A stretch of DNA of 64,000 bases from the IMG/VR virus record IMGVR_UViG_3300042402_007133, one strand, 5' to 3'. Position numbers and translations under genes: made by a program. Source of the DNA: an uncultured virus (IMG/VR IMGVR_UViG_3300042402_007133) (Duplodnaviria; Heunggongvirae; Uroviricota; Caudoviricetes). Below, piece by piece: positions 30,158 through 38,613 of the stretch (positions are counted from its first letter, which is position 1; the number at the start of each line of letters is the position of its first letter). The notes under the pieces are model-generated. The model had not been told where the DNA came from. It did not search any database and saw only the letters and a program-made list of their open reading frames with translations.

Positions 30158-30589
30158 TTATCCGTTGTATCCATTTTCGTTTATCCACTGTAGGTATTTC
30201 TTCAATTCCTTGTCCTCTACCGTTATGGAAAATATTCCCTGTTGAAATATCTTCCACGAATCAGATGCATATTTTCCTACGCCCGGAAGTGATTCAACAT
30301 TTGATCCGTCCCAATTCAGCCACTCATGTGAGAACTTCTTCCACATCTTGGCCCTTCTGTTGTAGAACCCAAGAGGGCGTATTATGTCTATTATCTCCTG
30401 GTCTGATGCGCCCAATAGGTCTTCGGGGGTTGGAAACTTCTTAAAAAACTCATCCCTTACCTTATCGACCTGTTTGTAACAGGTCTGATTTAGCATCATG
30501 CATATCATTAGCATCTTCCAAGGATCGTGCTTATAGATCTCTTGGCGATACCTAAATGGACTCATTGGAGGCTGTCTGGTTTTTTTCAT
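30158..30589 (-). CDS. MBD4-like HhH-GPD DNA glycosylase (stand-alone catalytic domain)
   Basis: HDPWKMLMICMMLNQT, RPLGFYNRRAK, LPGVGKYASDSWKIF and EDKELKKYLQW parallel the MBD4 glycosylase domain. No Fe-S cluster cysteines. The start may be the second Met (MSPF). Confidence 0.85.
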   Translation of the reverse strand: MKKTRQPPMSPFRYRQEIYKHDPWKMLMICMMLNQTCYKQVDKVRDEFFKKFPTPEDLLGASDQEIIDIIRPLGFYNRRAKMWKKFSHEWLNWDGSNVESLPGVGKYASDSWKIFQQGIFSITVEDKELKKYLQWINENGYNG

Positions 30590-30595
30590 GAGGCT

Positions 30596-30604
30596 AATAT
30601 ATAG
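30596..30604 (+). promoter_or_regulatory. Putative late promoter motif AATATATAG
   Basis: Oriented on the + strand, 14 nt upstream of the + strand gene pair starting at 30619. Confidence 0.55.
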
Positions 30605-30618
30605 AAAAACTCTATTTC

Positions 30619-30930
30619 GTGAAAACCTTTTTAGAGATCAATGCAATAAATGAATCAAAGGAAGGATACCAGGCTTTGAAGGAGCTGAACAAGGTCCATA
30701 AGCTTGAGTTAGAGCTCCAGGAGATCCAAAGAGAAGTCATTGAGCTCTTTGATAAGGCCGGCAAGTATAAGATCGATAGCAAGGAAAGAAAGCAAGCAGA
30801 AGAAAAGATAGCCAAATTTCTTAAAGAGAGGGACGAGATCATAAAGGAGATGGATTACGAAAAGAGAAACCTCAGAAGGGCTCTTAACTCCATCGACACG
30901 GAAGGCGACCTAGATAGATTTTTTGAATAA
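30619..30930 (+). CDS. Hypothetical charged coiled-coil protein, possible head-internal protein
   Basis: 103 aa, GTG start, N-terminus MKTFLEINAINES. Confidence 0.65.
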   Translation: MKTFLEINAINESKEGYQALKELNKVHKLELELQEIQREVIELFDKAGKYKIDSKERKQAEEKIAKFLKERDEIIKEMDYEKRNLRRALNSIDTEGDLDRFFE

Positions 30931-30943
30931 AAAAACATTTGAT

Positions 30944-31465
30944 ATGCCAGCAAAATCACAGCAACAACAGAAGATAATGGGTCTAGCCCTTTCTTACAAA
31001 AGAGGAGAAGTTCCAGCGTCTGAAGTTAGCGACAAGGTAAAAGAACTTGCAAAGTCCATGACATTGAAAGAGCTTGAAGAGTATGCATCAACAAAGCATA
31101 AGGGGCTTCCAAAGAAGGTAAAGGAATCAAGGCTTGCAACATTTGAGCAATTCATGATGGAAAAGGACGATGAGATGGAAACCGAGATTGAAGATGAAAT
31201 GGAATTTGGCCCAGAAGGCGAAGAGGAGATAGTACATGTCACATCCCATTCGCCAATGAGATCAACAGGATCTGACGCACCAGAGGCACATGAGCCAGAG
31301 TCAAAGATGATACAGTATCAGCTCAAGAACATCATTGAGAATGCAGAAGAGCTCATCCAGATGGTAGAAGGTCATGACAGCATAGAAGATTGGATACAAA
31401 GCAAAGTCACACTTGCAGATGATTACCTTTCAACCCTCAGAGATTACATGAAACATAGGGCATAA
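30944..31465 (+). CDS. DUF3008-domain protein with acidic C-terminal region
   Basis: MPAKSQQQQKIMGLALSYKRGE...AKSMTLKELEEYASTKHKGLP matches DUF3008. ATG 30944 is preferred over TTG 30923. Confidence 0.75.
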   Translation: MPAKSQQQQKIMGLALSYKRGEVPASEVSDKVKELAKSMTLKELEEYASTKHKGLPKKVKESRLATFEQFMMEKDDEMETEIEDEMEFGPEGEEEIVHVTSHSPMRSTGSDAPEAHEPESKMIQYQLKNIIENAEELIQMVEGHDSIEDWIQSKVTLADDYLSTLRDYMKHRA

Positions 31466-31487
31466 AAAGGGACATATCATTAAACTT

Positions 31488-31514
31488 AAAGGGAACCAAA
31501 CGGTTCCCTTTTTT
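31488..31514 (+). terminator. Intrinsic terminator for the + strand gene pair
   Basis: aaagggaacc-aaac-ggttcccttt hairpin followed by a T run. Confidence 0.8.
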
Positions 31515-31545
31515 ATTTGTGCCCCTTCTTCCTCCCATTACAAAT

Positions 31546-31576
31546 AAAAAACCCCCCTGGAGAACCAGAGGGGTTT
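31546..31576 (-). terminator. Intrinsic terminator downstream of the major capsid gene
   Basis: Minus strand reads aaacccctctgg-ttct-ccaggggggttt followed by a T run. Confidence 0.8.
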
Positions 31577-31600
31577 AATTTACATCTAGATTTGTCTAGA

Positions 31601-33421
31601 TTAGACGATGCCTGCTGTTGGTGTTTCAACCCAGAATGCATAGTACTGTGCTTCAGGATAGAAGCCAGCCTCAACAAGAGCGTAACGGCTCTTGACAGCA
31701 ATCTTAGGTGACATTGTGCCTTCAGCGATCGTGCTGATAGATTCAGCCATGAGGTATGGCATGAACTTGATACCTGGCTCGATGTCTGCACCCTTACGGC
31801 CAACGAGAACGCGTGTGTCATTCCATGTCATGTTTGGATCAACATATACTGTCATTCCAAACAGTGTGCCTGCTGGGTACAGCTGACCGCTTGACTGATT
31901 GAGCGTGTTATCGAATGGAGCAAGCGAGAATCCCTTAACGATGTTAAGAGCTGACAGAACTTGTGCGTTCGTTACGATGAAGTTTCCTGGGCCACGACGT
32001 CCACGTGTGTGGATGAGGTTTGATGCCGCATGGATCTTGCTGACGATGCGCTGTTGTGCTGTCGAGAGGTTCTCGAAGTTTCCGTAGTTTGCATACGCTG
32101 GAATGTTGTTTGTCCATGTAAGTGCAGCGTTTGTCTTGCCGATGTATGAAGATGACGTTGCTGATGTCGTTTGAGTTGGGTCAAGCGAGATGTTCAGCGT
32201 GAAGCCTTGTGTCTGATATACATCGTAGTTGTTCTGCCATCCAAGAGCAAATGCGCGTGAAAGGATGTGCTTGTTGATTGACTGAGAAACCTCATTAACA
32301 AGAACACCTTCTGCCATTGCAAGGATGTCAATACCAAACTGGCGGTTCATGTCCTGGATCTGCTCAGTTGTTACGCTGATTGTCACCTGGAATGTTCCAG
32401 CTTGTACGTTCTTTGTGAACGTTTGGATGCCCATTGCGCGTGGGTAGGTTTCTTCACCAGTTCCCCTGCTCATTGGATCGTATGCCTTTGTGCCATCTGT
32501 GAATGGTCCGTTCCAAGTGTTTGTGTCGTTTGCACCTGCACCGGAGAAGCCATAGATGTGGTTCTCAAGAGCTGAAACGTAACCTGGGCGGAATGGGCTA
32601 GCTGTTGTGCCGTTTGCTGAAGCATATGCTTCATCATTTGCTGTATTTGTGCTAGCTTCACCAAGGATAGATGAGAACGTGTTGCCAGAACCAACGTCAA
32701 AAACTTGAGCGATAGTTACTGTGTTTGTGCTTGCGCCTGCTGTGTAAGCACCGCTTGATGCAATGTTACCAGTTGATGTAACGCGGAAGATAAGATCGCC
32801 GGTCACAAATGACTTACCAACATAGATGAGTTTTGCAGCGGATTCAGCAGCAAGAGTTACAGAGTAACCAGTTCCGCTAGCTGTGTCTGCTGCGGCCTGA
32901 AGTGGTGCAGCATAGTATGTTGAACCAACTGTTGGATCTTCGTATACGGATGTAGCAGCAACGCTGATCATCAGCGGCTGTGTTGCGTTTGAGTCAGTTG
33001 TTCCATCAAGATCAACCTTACCGCCTGCATAGATGTAGTCAAGGTAAGGAAGGATGCCTGTTGGACCTGGCATTGGGATAACAGAAACGATGTCGAAACC
33101 AACCGTCTTTGCTGCAACCTGGATTGCAAGCGGAAGAAGCGATGGGAACTTATCACCTGATCCTTGGTACGATGTGTTGTAGAAGTTAGCAGGTGTCGTC
33201 ATTGCTGTACCCATGTTAACTGGTCCTTGACCAGGAACATTGATAAGCTGTGCAAGGCCTGTGCCTTGGAAAGATTCGTTTACGAAGCTTTCGTTCATCT
33301 GATGATAGTGGCAGTACTTTGACATCCAGTTCTTCTTGTAGCCGTCCTTAACGCCTACTGACTCGAGCATTGGTGTCCACTCATTGATGATCTGTGCTTC
33401 ATTCAAAAGCTGTAGATTCAT
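31601..33421 (-). CDS. gp23: Major capsid protein (T4 gp23-like, HK97 fold) with a large insertion
   Basis: DIVSVIPMPGPTG, TTEQIQDM..QFGID, NEVSQSINKHIL, RGRRGPGNFIV, AGTLFGMTVYVDP, FMPY and PKIAVKSRYAL. Codon usage looks like that of a highly expressed gene. Confidence 0.93.
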   Translation of the reverse strand: MNLQLLNEAQIINEWTPMLESVGVKDGYKKNWMSKYCHYHQMNESFVNESFQGTGLAQLINVPGQGPVNMGTAMTTPANFYNTSYQGSGDKFPSLLPLAIQVAAKTVGFDIVSVIPMPGPTGILPYLDYIYAGGKVDLDGTTDSNATQPLMISVAATSVYEDPTVGSTYYAAPLQAAADTASGTGYSVTLAAESAAKLIYVGKSFVTGDLIFRVTSTGNIASSGAYTAGASTNTVTIAQVFDVGSGNTFSSILGEASTNTANDEAYASANGTTASPFRPGYVSALENHIYGFSGAGANDTNTWNGPFTDGTKAYDPMSRGTGEETYPRAMGIQTFTKNVQAGTFQVTISVTTEQIQDMNRQFGIDILAMAEGVLVNEVSQSINKHILSRAFALGWQNNYDVYQTQGFTLNISLDPTQTTSATSSSYIGKTNAALTWTNNIPAYANYGNFENLSTAQQRIVSKIHAASNLIHTRGRRGPGNFIVTNAQVLSALNIVKGFSLAPFDNTLNQSSGQLYPAGTLFGMTVYVDPNMTWNDTRVLVGRKGADIEPGIKFMPYLMAESISTIAEGTMSPKIAVKSRYALVEAGFYPEAQYYAFWVETPTAGIV

Positions 33422-33450
33422 TTTTGTGTTTTTTTTTGAAATTTTTTGTC

Positions 33451-35322
33451 TTACAATTTACCAATCAAGCTCTTCCTTACATTTTCGATGTATGCGGAAT
33501 TGCTGTTATTCACAGTCTCAATCGTTGTGTACGGATTGACCGACTCATTGAGCGATTCTGTGACGTTACCGTTGAAGTTGATGACATCTGGCCTTGTAGC
33601 CCAGAAGTTCCTGATCTGATATGGCGTCTCAAGCTTGATGTATTGGGCTTGTGAAGCAATACGTTGACGGCTCTCCTGTGACAGTGATTCCCAAATAGGA
33701 GCGTACTCCGTTGGCATCCCTGTGATCCACTTTGGCAGATTCTTCCTCTCTTTATCAGCGGCGAGCGATGATTCCCAAATGTTTACAACATCCTTCTCCG
33801 TGAAGAATATCGACTTGCTCATGGCTTCGTTGACTATCTCTTTTTGAGTCACCGGCAAGTTGATAAATTGCTTCCTCTTTTCTGGTGAAAGATGGCGCAG
33901 GAATGGGAACTTTGCAGATTCATTCAATACTTGGACCTTCTCTTTTTTGGCCTCTGTTATGATATGATTTACCTTCTCGGAAAGATTCTCACCAGCAACC
34001 ATGGCTGCCTTCTTTTCTTTCCTCTTCTTCTTCATTACTTTTTCTTTCTCGTTAATTGATTCAACAACATAGTCTGAATACTGTATTGCCTTATCTGTCT
34101 GTTCTGCAACGTACTCTGTGTATCCAATAGACTTGTTGACTGCCTCTGCAAGATAATCGTTGTGCTTGATTGAAAGATCAAGGTTCTCACCCAGATACTC
34201 TGAATATCCAATTGAATCGTTCAGATTCTCTGCAAGATAGTCACCAAATTCAATTGCACGATTGATGTTCTCTGCGAGGTAGTTGCTGTAGTTTATGTTC
34301 TCGTTGAGCTTCTCTGAAATGTAGTTTGAGAACGAAATGTTCTTGTCAAGATTCTCAGCGAGGTAGTTTTGATAGCTGTCAGAAAGATTGAGTCTTTCTG
34401 CAATATAGTTTGAATAGTCGATTGTGTCAGAAACCTTGCTCTTGAGCTTATTGACCGCTGTGATGTTTGTGTCAACATTCTCTGAAAGGTAGTTGCAATA
34501 GTTTATTGTGCCATTGAGCTTTTCAGCCACATAGTTTGTGTACTCAATAACCTTTGCAATGGTGTCATCATTAGAAGAAAGCGTATTGACCTTTTTAATA
34601 AGTCCAGAGAGCTTCCTTTCAAGCAGTTCGATCTCTTTCTTAACAAGCTTTGAGTACTCGTTGAGCTCAGAGACCTTTACTGTTTCATCTTTTGGATGTG
34701 AGCCCATATTCATGTTATTTTTTTGTTCTGTTCTGTTTTCAATATCTTGGAATAGCGATGAAGGATCATACATCTCTGAAACATCATAGATGTGAACGTT
34801 TGACTTTGGTGAGAACCCGAGTGATTCATTCACCAATGAAAGCTGAGCATTTTCAAAGCCAGGATCTGCAACAAGATCATATGTAAATATCTTCTTGAGC
34901 TTTACCTTCTTATCTGGACCAACAACACCAGCGGCCCTAGAAGAAATAGAAAGAGGAACGCCGGCCTCAACAAGTCTTCTTGCTGTTATACCAGCATCTG
35001 TGTTCAGGAGACGAACCTTTCCTTTAAGACATCTTGAAGACTTATCGTACTCAAGATTTTCTATTATGTGAGAAACCTTCTGAAGAGAGACGTCAAATTT
35101 ATCTGGGTGATCTAGTTCTCCCATCAGCCTCTTTGACTTTATCTTATCATTCAAATAATCAAGATGTGGAAGGTATTCATTCTCTTCATAGATCCTATCG
35201 TTGTTGTTAACAACGCCAAACTGTGCAAATATTCCCTCGAGAACAACATCACCGTTGCCTTCACTCTTAGATTCAAGAATTGAAGTGGAATTCTCAAGTA
35301 TTAAAAGAACCTGTTGATCCAT
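33451..35322 (-). CDS. gp21: Prohead core protease (gp21-like) fused to a scaffold-like repeat region
   Basis: LEGIFAQFGVVNNNDRIY, MGELDHP, VSHII, LNTDAG, ISSRAAG and TYDLVADPGF are gp21 protease motifs. A long helical C-terminal extension follows. Confidence 0.9.
   Translation of the reverse strand: MDQQVLLILENSTSILESKSEGNGDVVLEGIFAQFGVVNNNDRIYEENEYLPHLDYLNDKIKSKRLMGELDHPDKFDVSLQKVSHIIENLEYDKSSRCLKGKVRLLNTDAGITARRLVEAGVPLSISSRAAGVVGPDKKVKLKKIFTYDLVADPGFENAQLSLVNESLGFSPKSNVHIYDVSEMYDPSSLFQDIENRTEQKNNMNMGSHPKDETVKVSELNEYSKLVKKEIELLERKLSGLIKKVNTLSSNDDTIAKVIEYTNYVAEKLNGTINYCNYLSENVDTNITAVNKLKSKVSDTIDYSNYIAERLNLSDSYQNYLAENLDKNISFSNYISEKLNENINYSNYLAENINRAIEFGDYLAENLNDSIGYSEYLGENLDLSIKHNDYLAEAVNKSIGYTEYVAEQTDKAIQYSDYVVESINEKEKVMKKKRKEKKAAMVAGENLSEKVNHIITEAKKEKVQVLNESAKFPFLRHLSPEKRKQFINLPVTQKEIVNEAMSKSIFFTEKDVVNIWESSLAADKERKNLPKWITGMPTEYAPIWESLSQESRQRIASQAQYIKLETPYQIRNFWATRPDVINFNGNVTESLNESVNPYTTIETVNNSNSAYIENVRKSLIGKL
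34045..34548 (-). repeat. About 11 tandem 14-aa repeats, consensus IxYSxYLAENLxxx
   Basis: IDYSNYIAERLNLS, ISFSNYISEKLNEN, INYSNYLAENINRA, IGYSEYLGENLDLS, IGYTEYVAEQTDKA and others. Confidence 0.9.
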
Positions 35323-35356
35323 GTTTTTATTTTATGTTAAGGATTCTAACCCTTTG

Positions 35357-35365
35357 CTATATATC
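35357..35365 (-). promoter_or_regulatory. Putative late promoter motif GATATATAG
   Basis: Intergenic, upstream of the protease-capsid operon. Confidence 0.65.
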
Positions 35366-35381
35366 AGTTGTTTTAGAAAAA

Positions 35382-36209
35382 TTATGCCAAGAAAAGATTG
35401 CGCTCTTTTTCTCTTCTTCTGACAAGGCCTTCAAGGACCTTTCCGTTTGCCTTTGTAAATTTTAATAGTTCGTCAGCTGCACCGGAATAATCGCCAGAAT
35501 TTAGCTTCTTAAGGAGTGTGCTTCGTTTAAGTGCGCCGGCCCCAACGTTATATGTAAAGGATACCAAGGCGTCATATTGATTTTGGTTTAGTGGAACCTT
35601 GACCAAATTCTTTACAGACCTTTCAAATCCAGAGATTGACTTTCTCAGGAGTGCCTCTCCCTGTTCCTTCGTTATTGATGTATATTCCCCTGGTTTTATT
35701 GTCGTGCCGTATCCTATTGTTAGGCTCCCACCAGGACAAGTGTATGGGTATGCCCTAAATCCTTCAAACCCTTTTATCATATCAACAAGCCTCTGTGAAA
35801 CCGAGAGCTTTCCTATTTCTGATGGTTCAGAAAGAACAGCATCCTTTTGTTCCTTGTCAGAAGATTCTGCCTTTCTCCTGAGTGATATCTGATTGTTTAT
35901 CTTTGTTGAGATTATCTCTGCAACATCTTCGGTTACTGGATCCGTCTCAATGTTTGTTCGTATTTCTACTGAATCAACGGCAGATCCAAGGTCCTTTTTT
36001 CCGGTGCTAAGAAGGGAAACCAGCTTGTCTCTGTCAAAGGTTATCTCAGTAGAATACAGGTCTGAATTTTTAGGAGAATCACCGGAAAGAAGCCTCTGTA
36101 CATCATCTATTTCCTTTGTAGAAAAGCCATCCATCAACACGTTAAATGAACGTGAAAATGGAACATAGTATGTAATTTCGGTTGCTTTCTCCAGTATCAA
36201 GGTTCTCAT
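35382..36209 (-). CDS. GH24 (phage lysozyme-family) muramidase with an N-terminal domain of unknown function
   Basis: IKGFEG...TIGYG, LNQNQYDALVSFTYNVG, STLLKKLN and GLVRRREKERNLF. ATG 36209 is preferred because the 36224 call overlaps the promoter motif. Confidence 0.9.
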   Translation of the reverse strand: MRTLILEKATEITYYVPFSRSFNVLMDGFSTKEIDDVQRLLSGDSPKNSDLYSTEITFDRDKLVSLLSTGKKDLGSAVDSVEIRTNIETDPVTEDVAEIISTKINNQISLRRKAESSDKEQKDAVLSEPSEIGKLSVSQRLVDMIKGFEGFRAYPYTCPGGSLTIGYGTTIKPGEYTSITKEQGEALLRKSISGFERSVKNLVKVPLNQNQYDALVSFTYNVGAGALKRSTLLKKLNSGDYSGAADELLKFTKANGKVLEGLVRRREKERNLFLA

Positions 36210-36213
36210 GAAC

Positions 36214-36222
36214 CTATATATC
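36214..36222 (-). promoter_or_regulatory. Putative late promoter motif GATATATAG
   Basis: 4 nt upstream of ATG 36209. Confidence 0.55.
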
Positions 36223-36227
36223 ATGTC

Positions 36228-36869
36228 TTATATGTGAACTGCTAAAAGCTCAGGAACCTCAACCCATTCAAACATCTTTCCAAGCCTGTCATAGGTATAT
36301 CCATCGTTGTAGTAACCCTGCTCACCTGAGAATGTGTTCCATCTGCATTGGATCATTGCGTCCCTTCTTACAACAACCTGAAGGGTGTCAATATTTTGAA
36401 AGACCGGAGGTATGCCATTTATGACCTGCGGTGCAGGACCAAGATGCTGAGGAAGAGGCCCAAGATGCAGGATTTTGCATATTGAGAATTCCTTATCAGG
36501 GTTTGCTTCCAACGCCTCAACGTTTCTCTCAATGAAGTGCGGAAAGAGCACATTATCATCATCCAAGTGGACAAGATATCTAAGAGAAGGATCTTGCTCT
36601 ATGAAATTCTTAAGGACATACTCTCTGACCCCTCCTCCGTAGGAATTTGTGTTCTCTCCGGTGCATGTATAAACAACATAGGGATCTTCAAGAGACTCAA
36701 CGTATTTCTTTACGTGTTCTTCCTCCGGGCCGTCAGAGCATATTATGTGTAATATCATTCCATCATAGGATTGTGAACCTACTGACAGAACACAACGATC
36801 TATAACGTTTACATCTCTCTTATATGTTGGGGTTATTATTGCAACCTTTGGTAGCTGTGGGTTTCTCAT
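36228..36869 (-). CDS. Glycosyltransferase family 2 (GT-A)
   Basis: VAIITPTYKR, HIICSDG and YLVHLDDDN. Confidence 0.85.
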   Translation of the reverse strand: MRNPQLPKVAIITPTYKRDVNVIDRCVLSVGSQSYDGMILHIICSDGPEEEHVKKYVESLEDPYVVYTCTGENTNSYGGGVREYVLKNFIEQDPSLRYLVHLDDDNVLFPHFIERNVEALEANPDKEFSICKILHLGPLPQHLGPAPQVINGIPPVFQNIDTLQVVVRRDAMIQCRWNTFSGEQGYYNDGYTYDRLGKMFEWVEVPELLAVHI

Positions 36870-37381
36870 TGCTTCTTTATGATCGTTAATAATTCTTCTA
36901 TGTTTCCATCCCTGTTTTCTAGAACCATGTCATAGTCAGAAAATCCAGAAAATGTCTTATTGTCTGCGGAGATCCTGCTCATTATTTTACCAATGGAGTC
37001 CCCTCTTTCAAATGCCCTTTTTATCCTCTCGTGCAATGGTGCAGTAAGCTGTATCACAACACAGCCTGACAGTAGACCTGAATCTTTCAGCTTTCTTACT
37101 GCCTTTGGCGTCAAAATAAAGACATCGTATCTTTGGAAATCCTCATTTGATGTTCCATAGTAGTCCTCAAATGCATCATCATACTCAAAGAAAAAACCAG
37201 ATTCAATGAGTTCTACAAACCTCTCCTTTGAGATGAATCTATAATCGGTTCCCTCAATTTCACCAGGTCTCATGCTTCTTGTTGTGTACGAAACACCGGG
37301 CAAAAAGCCCTGCTCAACAAGCATCTGTTTTATCGTTGTTTTACCGGAGCATGATGCGCCACATAGAATTACTTTTCTCAT
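36866..37381 (-). CDS. gmk: Guanylate kinase-like nucleoside monophosphate kinase
   Basis: P-loop GASCSGKT, SYTTRSMRPGEIEGTDYRFIS and YYGT are guanylate kinase motifs. Substrate not established. Confidence 0.85.
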   Translation of the reverse strand: MRKVILCGASCSGKTTIKQMLVEQGFLPGVSYTTRSMRPGEIEGTDYRFISKERFVELIESGFFFEYDDAFEDYYGTSNEDFQRYDVFILTPKAVRKLKDSGLLSGCVVIQLTAPLHERIKRAFERGDSIGKIMSRISADNKTFSGFSDYDMVLENRDGNIEELLTIIKKQ

Positions 37382-38613
37382 ATCACGAATCCTACCTTAG
37401 ATTTCTTTTCTTTTATGTTGTGGTAGAGAACAGTTCTGTTGTTCTTCAGAGAATAGATGTCTGCGAGTGACATATCATCTGTAACAGCGTGTGTTATTTC
37501 CAGATGCTCTACTAGTTTTTGTGACTCTTCTCTTGTGAGGTTTGTAAACTCTTTTCGTGCAAGAAGCCTTTCAGGCCTAAGAAGGGCAGAGTCTATGTAA
37601 TCAAGGTTTGTGTTGAATGTTAGTATTATCTGCGTGCCAAGGATGTCATTCAAAATTCCATCTGTTATGTTAAGAAGGTTTGATATTCCAAGGCTCCTGA
37701 CGCCAGAATCTCGGCTCTCAACAAGACACTCTGCATCCTCCAACAGGATTATTGTTGGATTGTTTTGCTCAAGGATCCAGTCAGAAAGGAATGTTATGAA
37801 GCTTGGATCCAAGAATGAATCAATGAAGTTTGAAGGAACATAAAGAACGTTCTTCTTGCTCTTTACAAGATCCTTTAGGAGCATTCTGATGTAATACGTC
37901 TTTCCTGTTCCTGGCTGACCGTGGAATATTATGAGGCCCTTGCTATCAGACTTTAGGAGGCCTGTTAGCTTTGTATGGAATTCTGAAAAGCTTTCACCGT
38001 AATGCAGATCAAGCTCCTCATCTGAAAGATTCTTTGCGCCCTTTCCGAGGTTGTATTCTTTAACATACATCCCTTCTGGAGTAGATCCTATGATTCCTAT
38101 TATAGGAGAATCCTCATCGATGAACTGGCTTGCTCTTTGGTAACAGGACATCATGAGATCCTTTGAAAGCCCCTCGCAGTACGTTCTCTCCGTCTCTAAG
38201 AATGCCATTTCGGTGTTGTCTATATCCACAATCAACCTGTGGCCATCATCAGTCTTAAGAGAATACTCCTTCATTGATATCTGAACAAGGACTGTACAAT
38301 CACTGTTAGAATACGTCTCTACGGTTGAACAATCAACGATGTAGTCCTTTCTTTCATCGTTTGATATGAATGAAACAAAATCCTTTTCATTTGTTGTGTC
38401 ATCCATCATTGAGTACGAGTAGGATGCAATGCAACTGAAGCCATGGGATTTCAAAAATTCTCTTGTCTTTCCTGGATTCAATGTGCACTTCTTCATCATT
38501 GAAGATGTTGGCTTTTCATGCTTGGCAGAAAGATAGCTGCTAGCGTTAAAGTTGTATACGCCGGTTCTATTTCCATGAAGGCCTAAATAAGGAATATCAT
38601 TTAAGTTTAACAT
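37378..38613 (-). CDS. AAA+ ATPase
   Basis: Walker A HGQPGTGKT, Walker B IILLEDAE, LLNITDG and SRH-like DSALLRPERL. Confidence 0.9.
   Translation of the reverse strand: MLNLNDIPYLGLHGNRTGVYNFNASSYLSAKHEKPTSSMMKKCTLNPGKTREFLKSHGFSCIASYSYSMMDDTTNEKDFVSFISNDERKDYIVDCSTVETYSNSDCTVLVQISMKEYSLKTDDGHRLIVDIDNTEMAFLETERTYCEGLSKDLMMSCYQRASQFIDEDSPIIGIIGSTPEGMYVKEYNLGKGAKNLSDEELDLHYGESFSEFHTKLTGLLKSDSKGLIIFHGQPGTGKTYYIRMLLKDLVKSKKNVLYVPSNFIDSFLDPSFITFLSDWILEQNNPTIILLEDAECLVESRDSGVRSLGISNLLNITDGILNDILGTQIILTFNTNLDYIDSALLRPERLLARKEFTNLTREESQKLVEHLEITHAVTDDMSLADIYSLKNNRTVLYHNIKEKKSKVGFVI

Noticed and set aside
31466..31600. tRNA or structured ncRNA in the largest intergenic gap, and ORFs 31513..31821 and 31517..31711
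   Set aside because: No cloverleaf or T-loop motif was found. The gap is explained by two terminators, and the ORFs run across them and the capsid 3' end.
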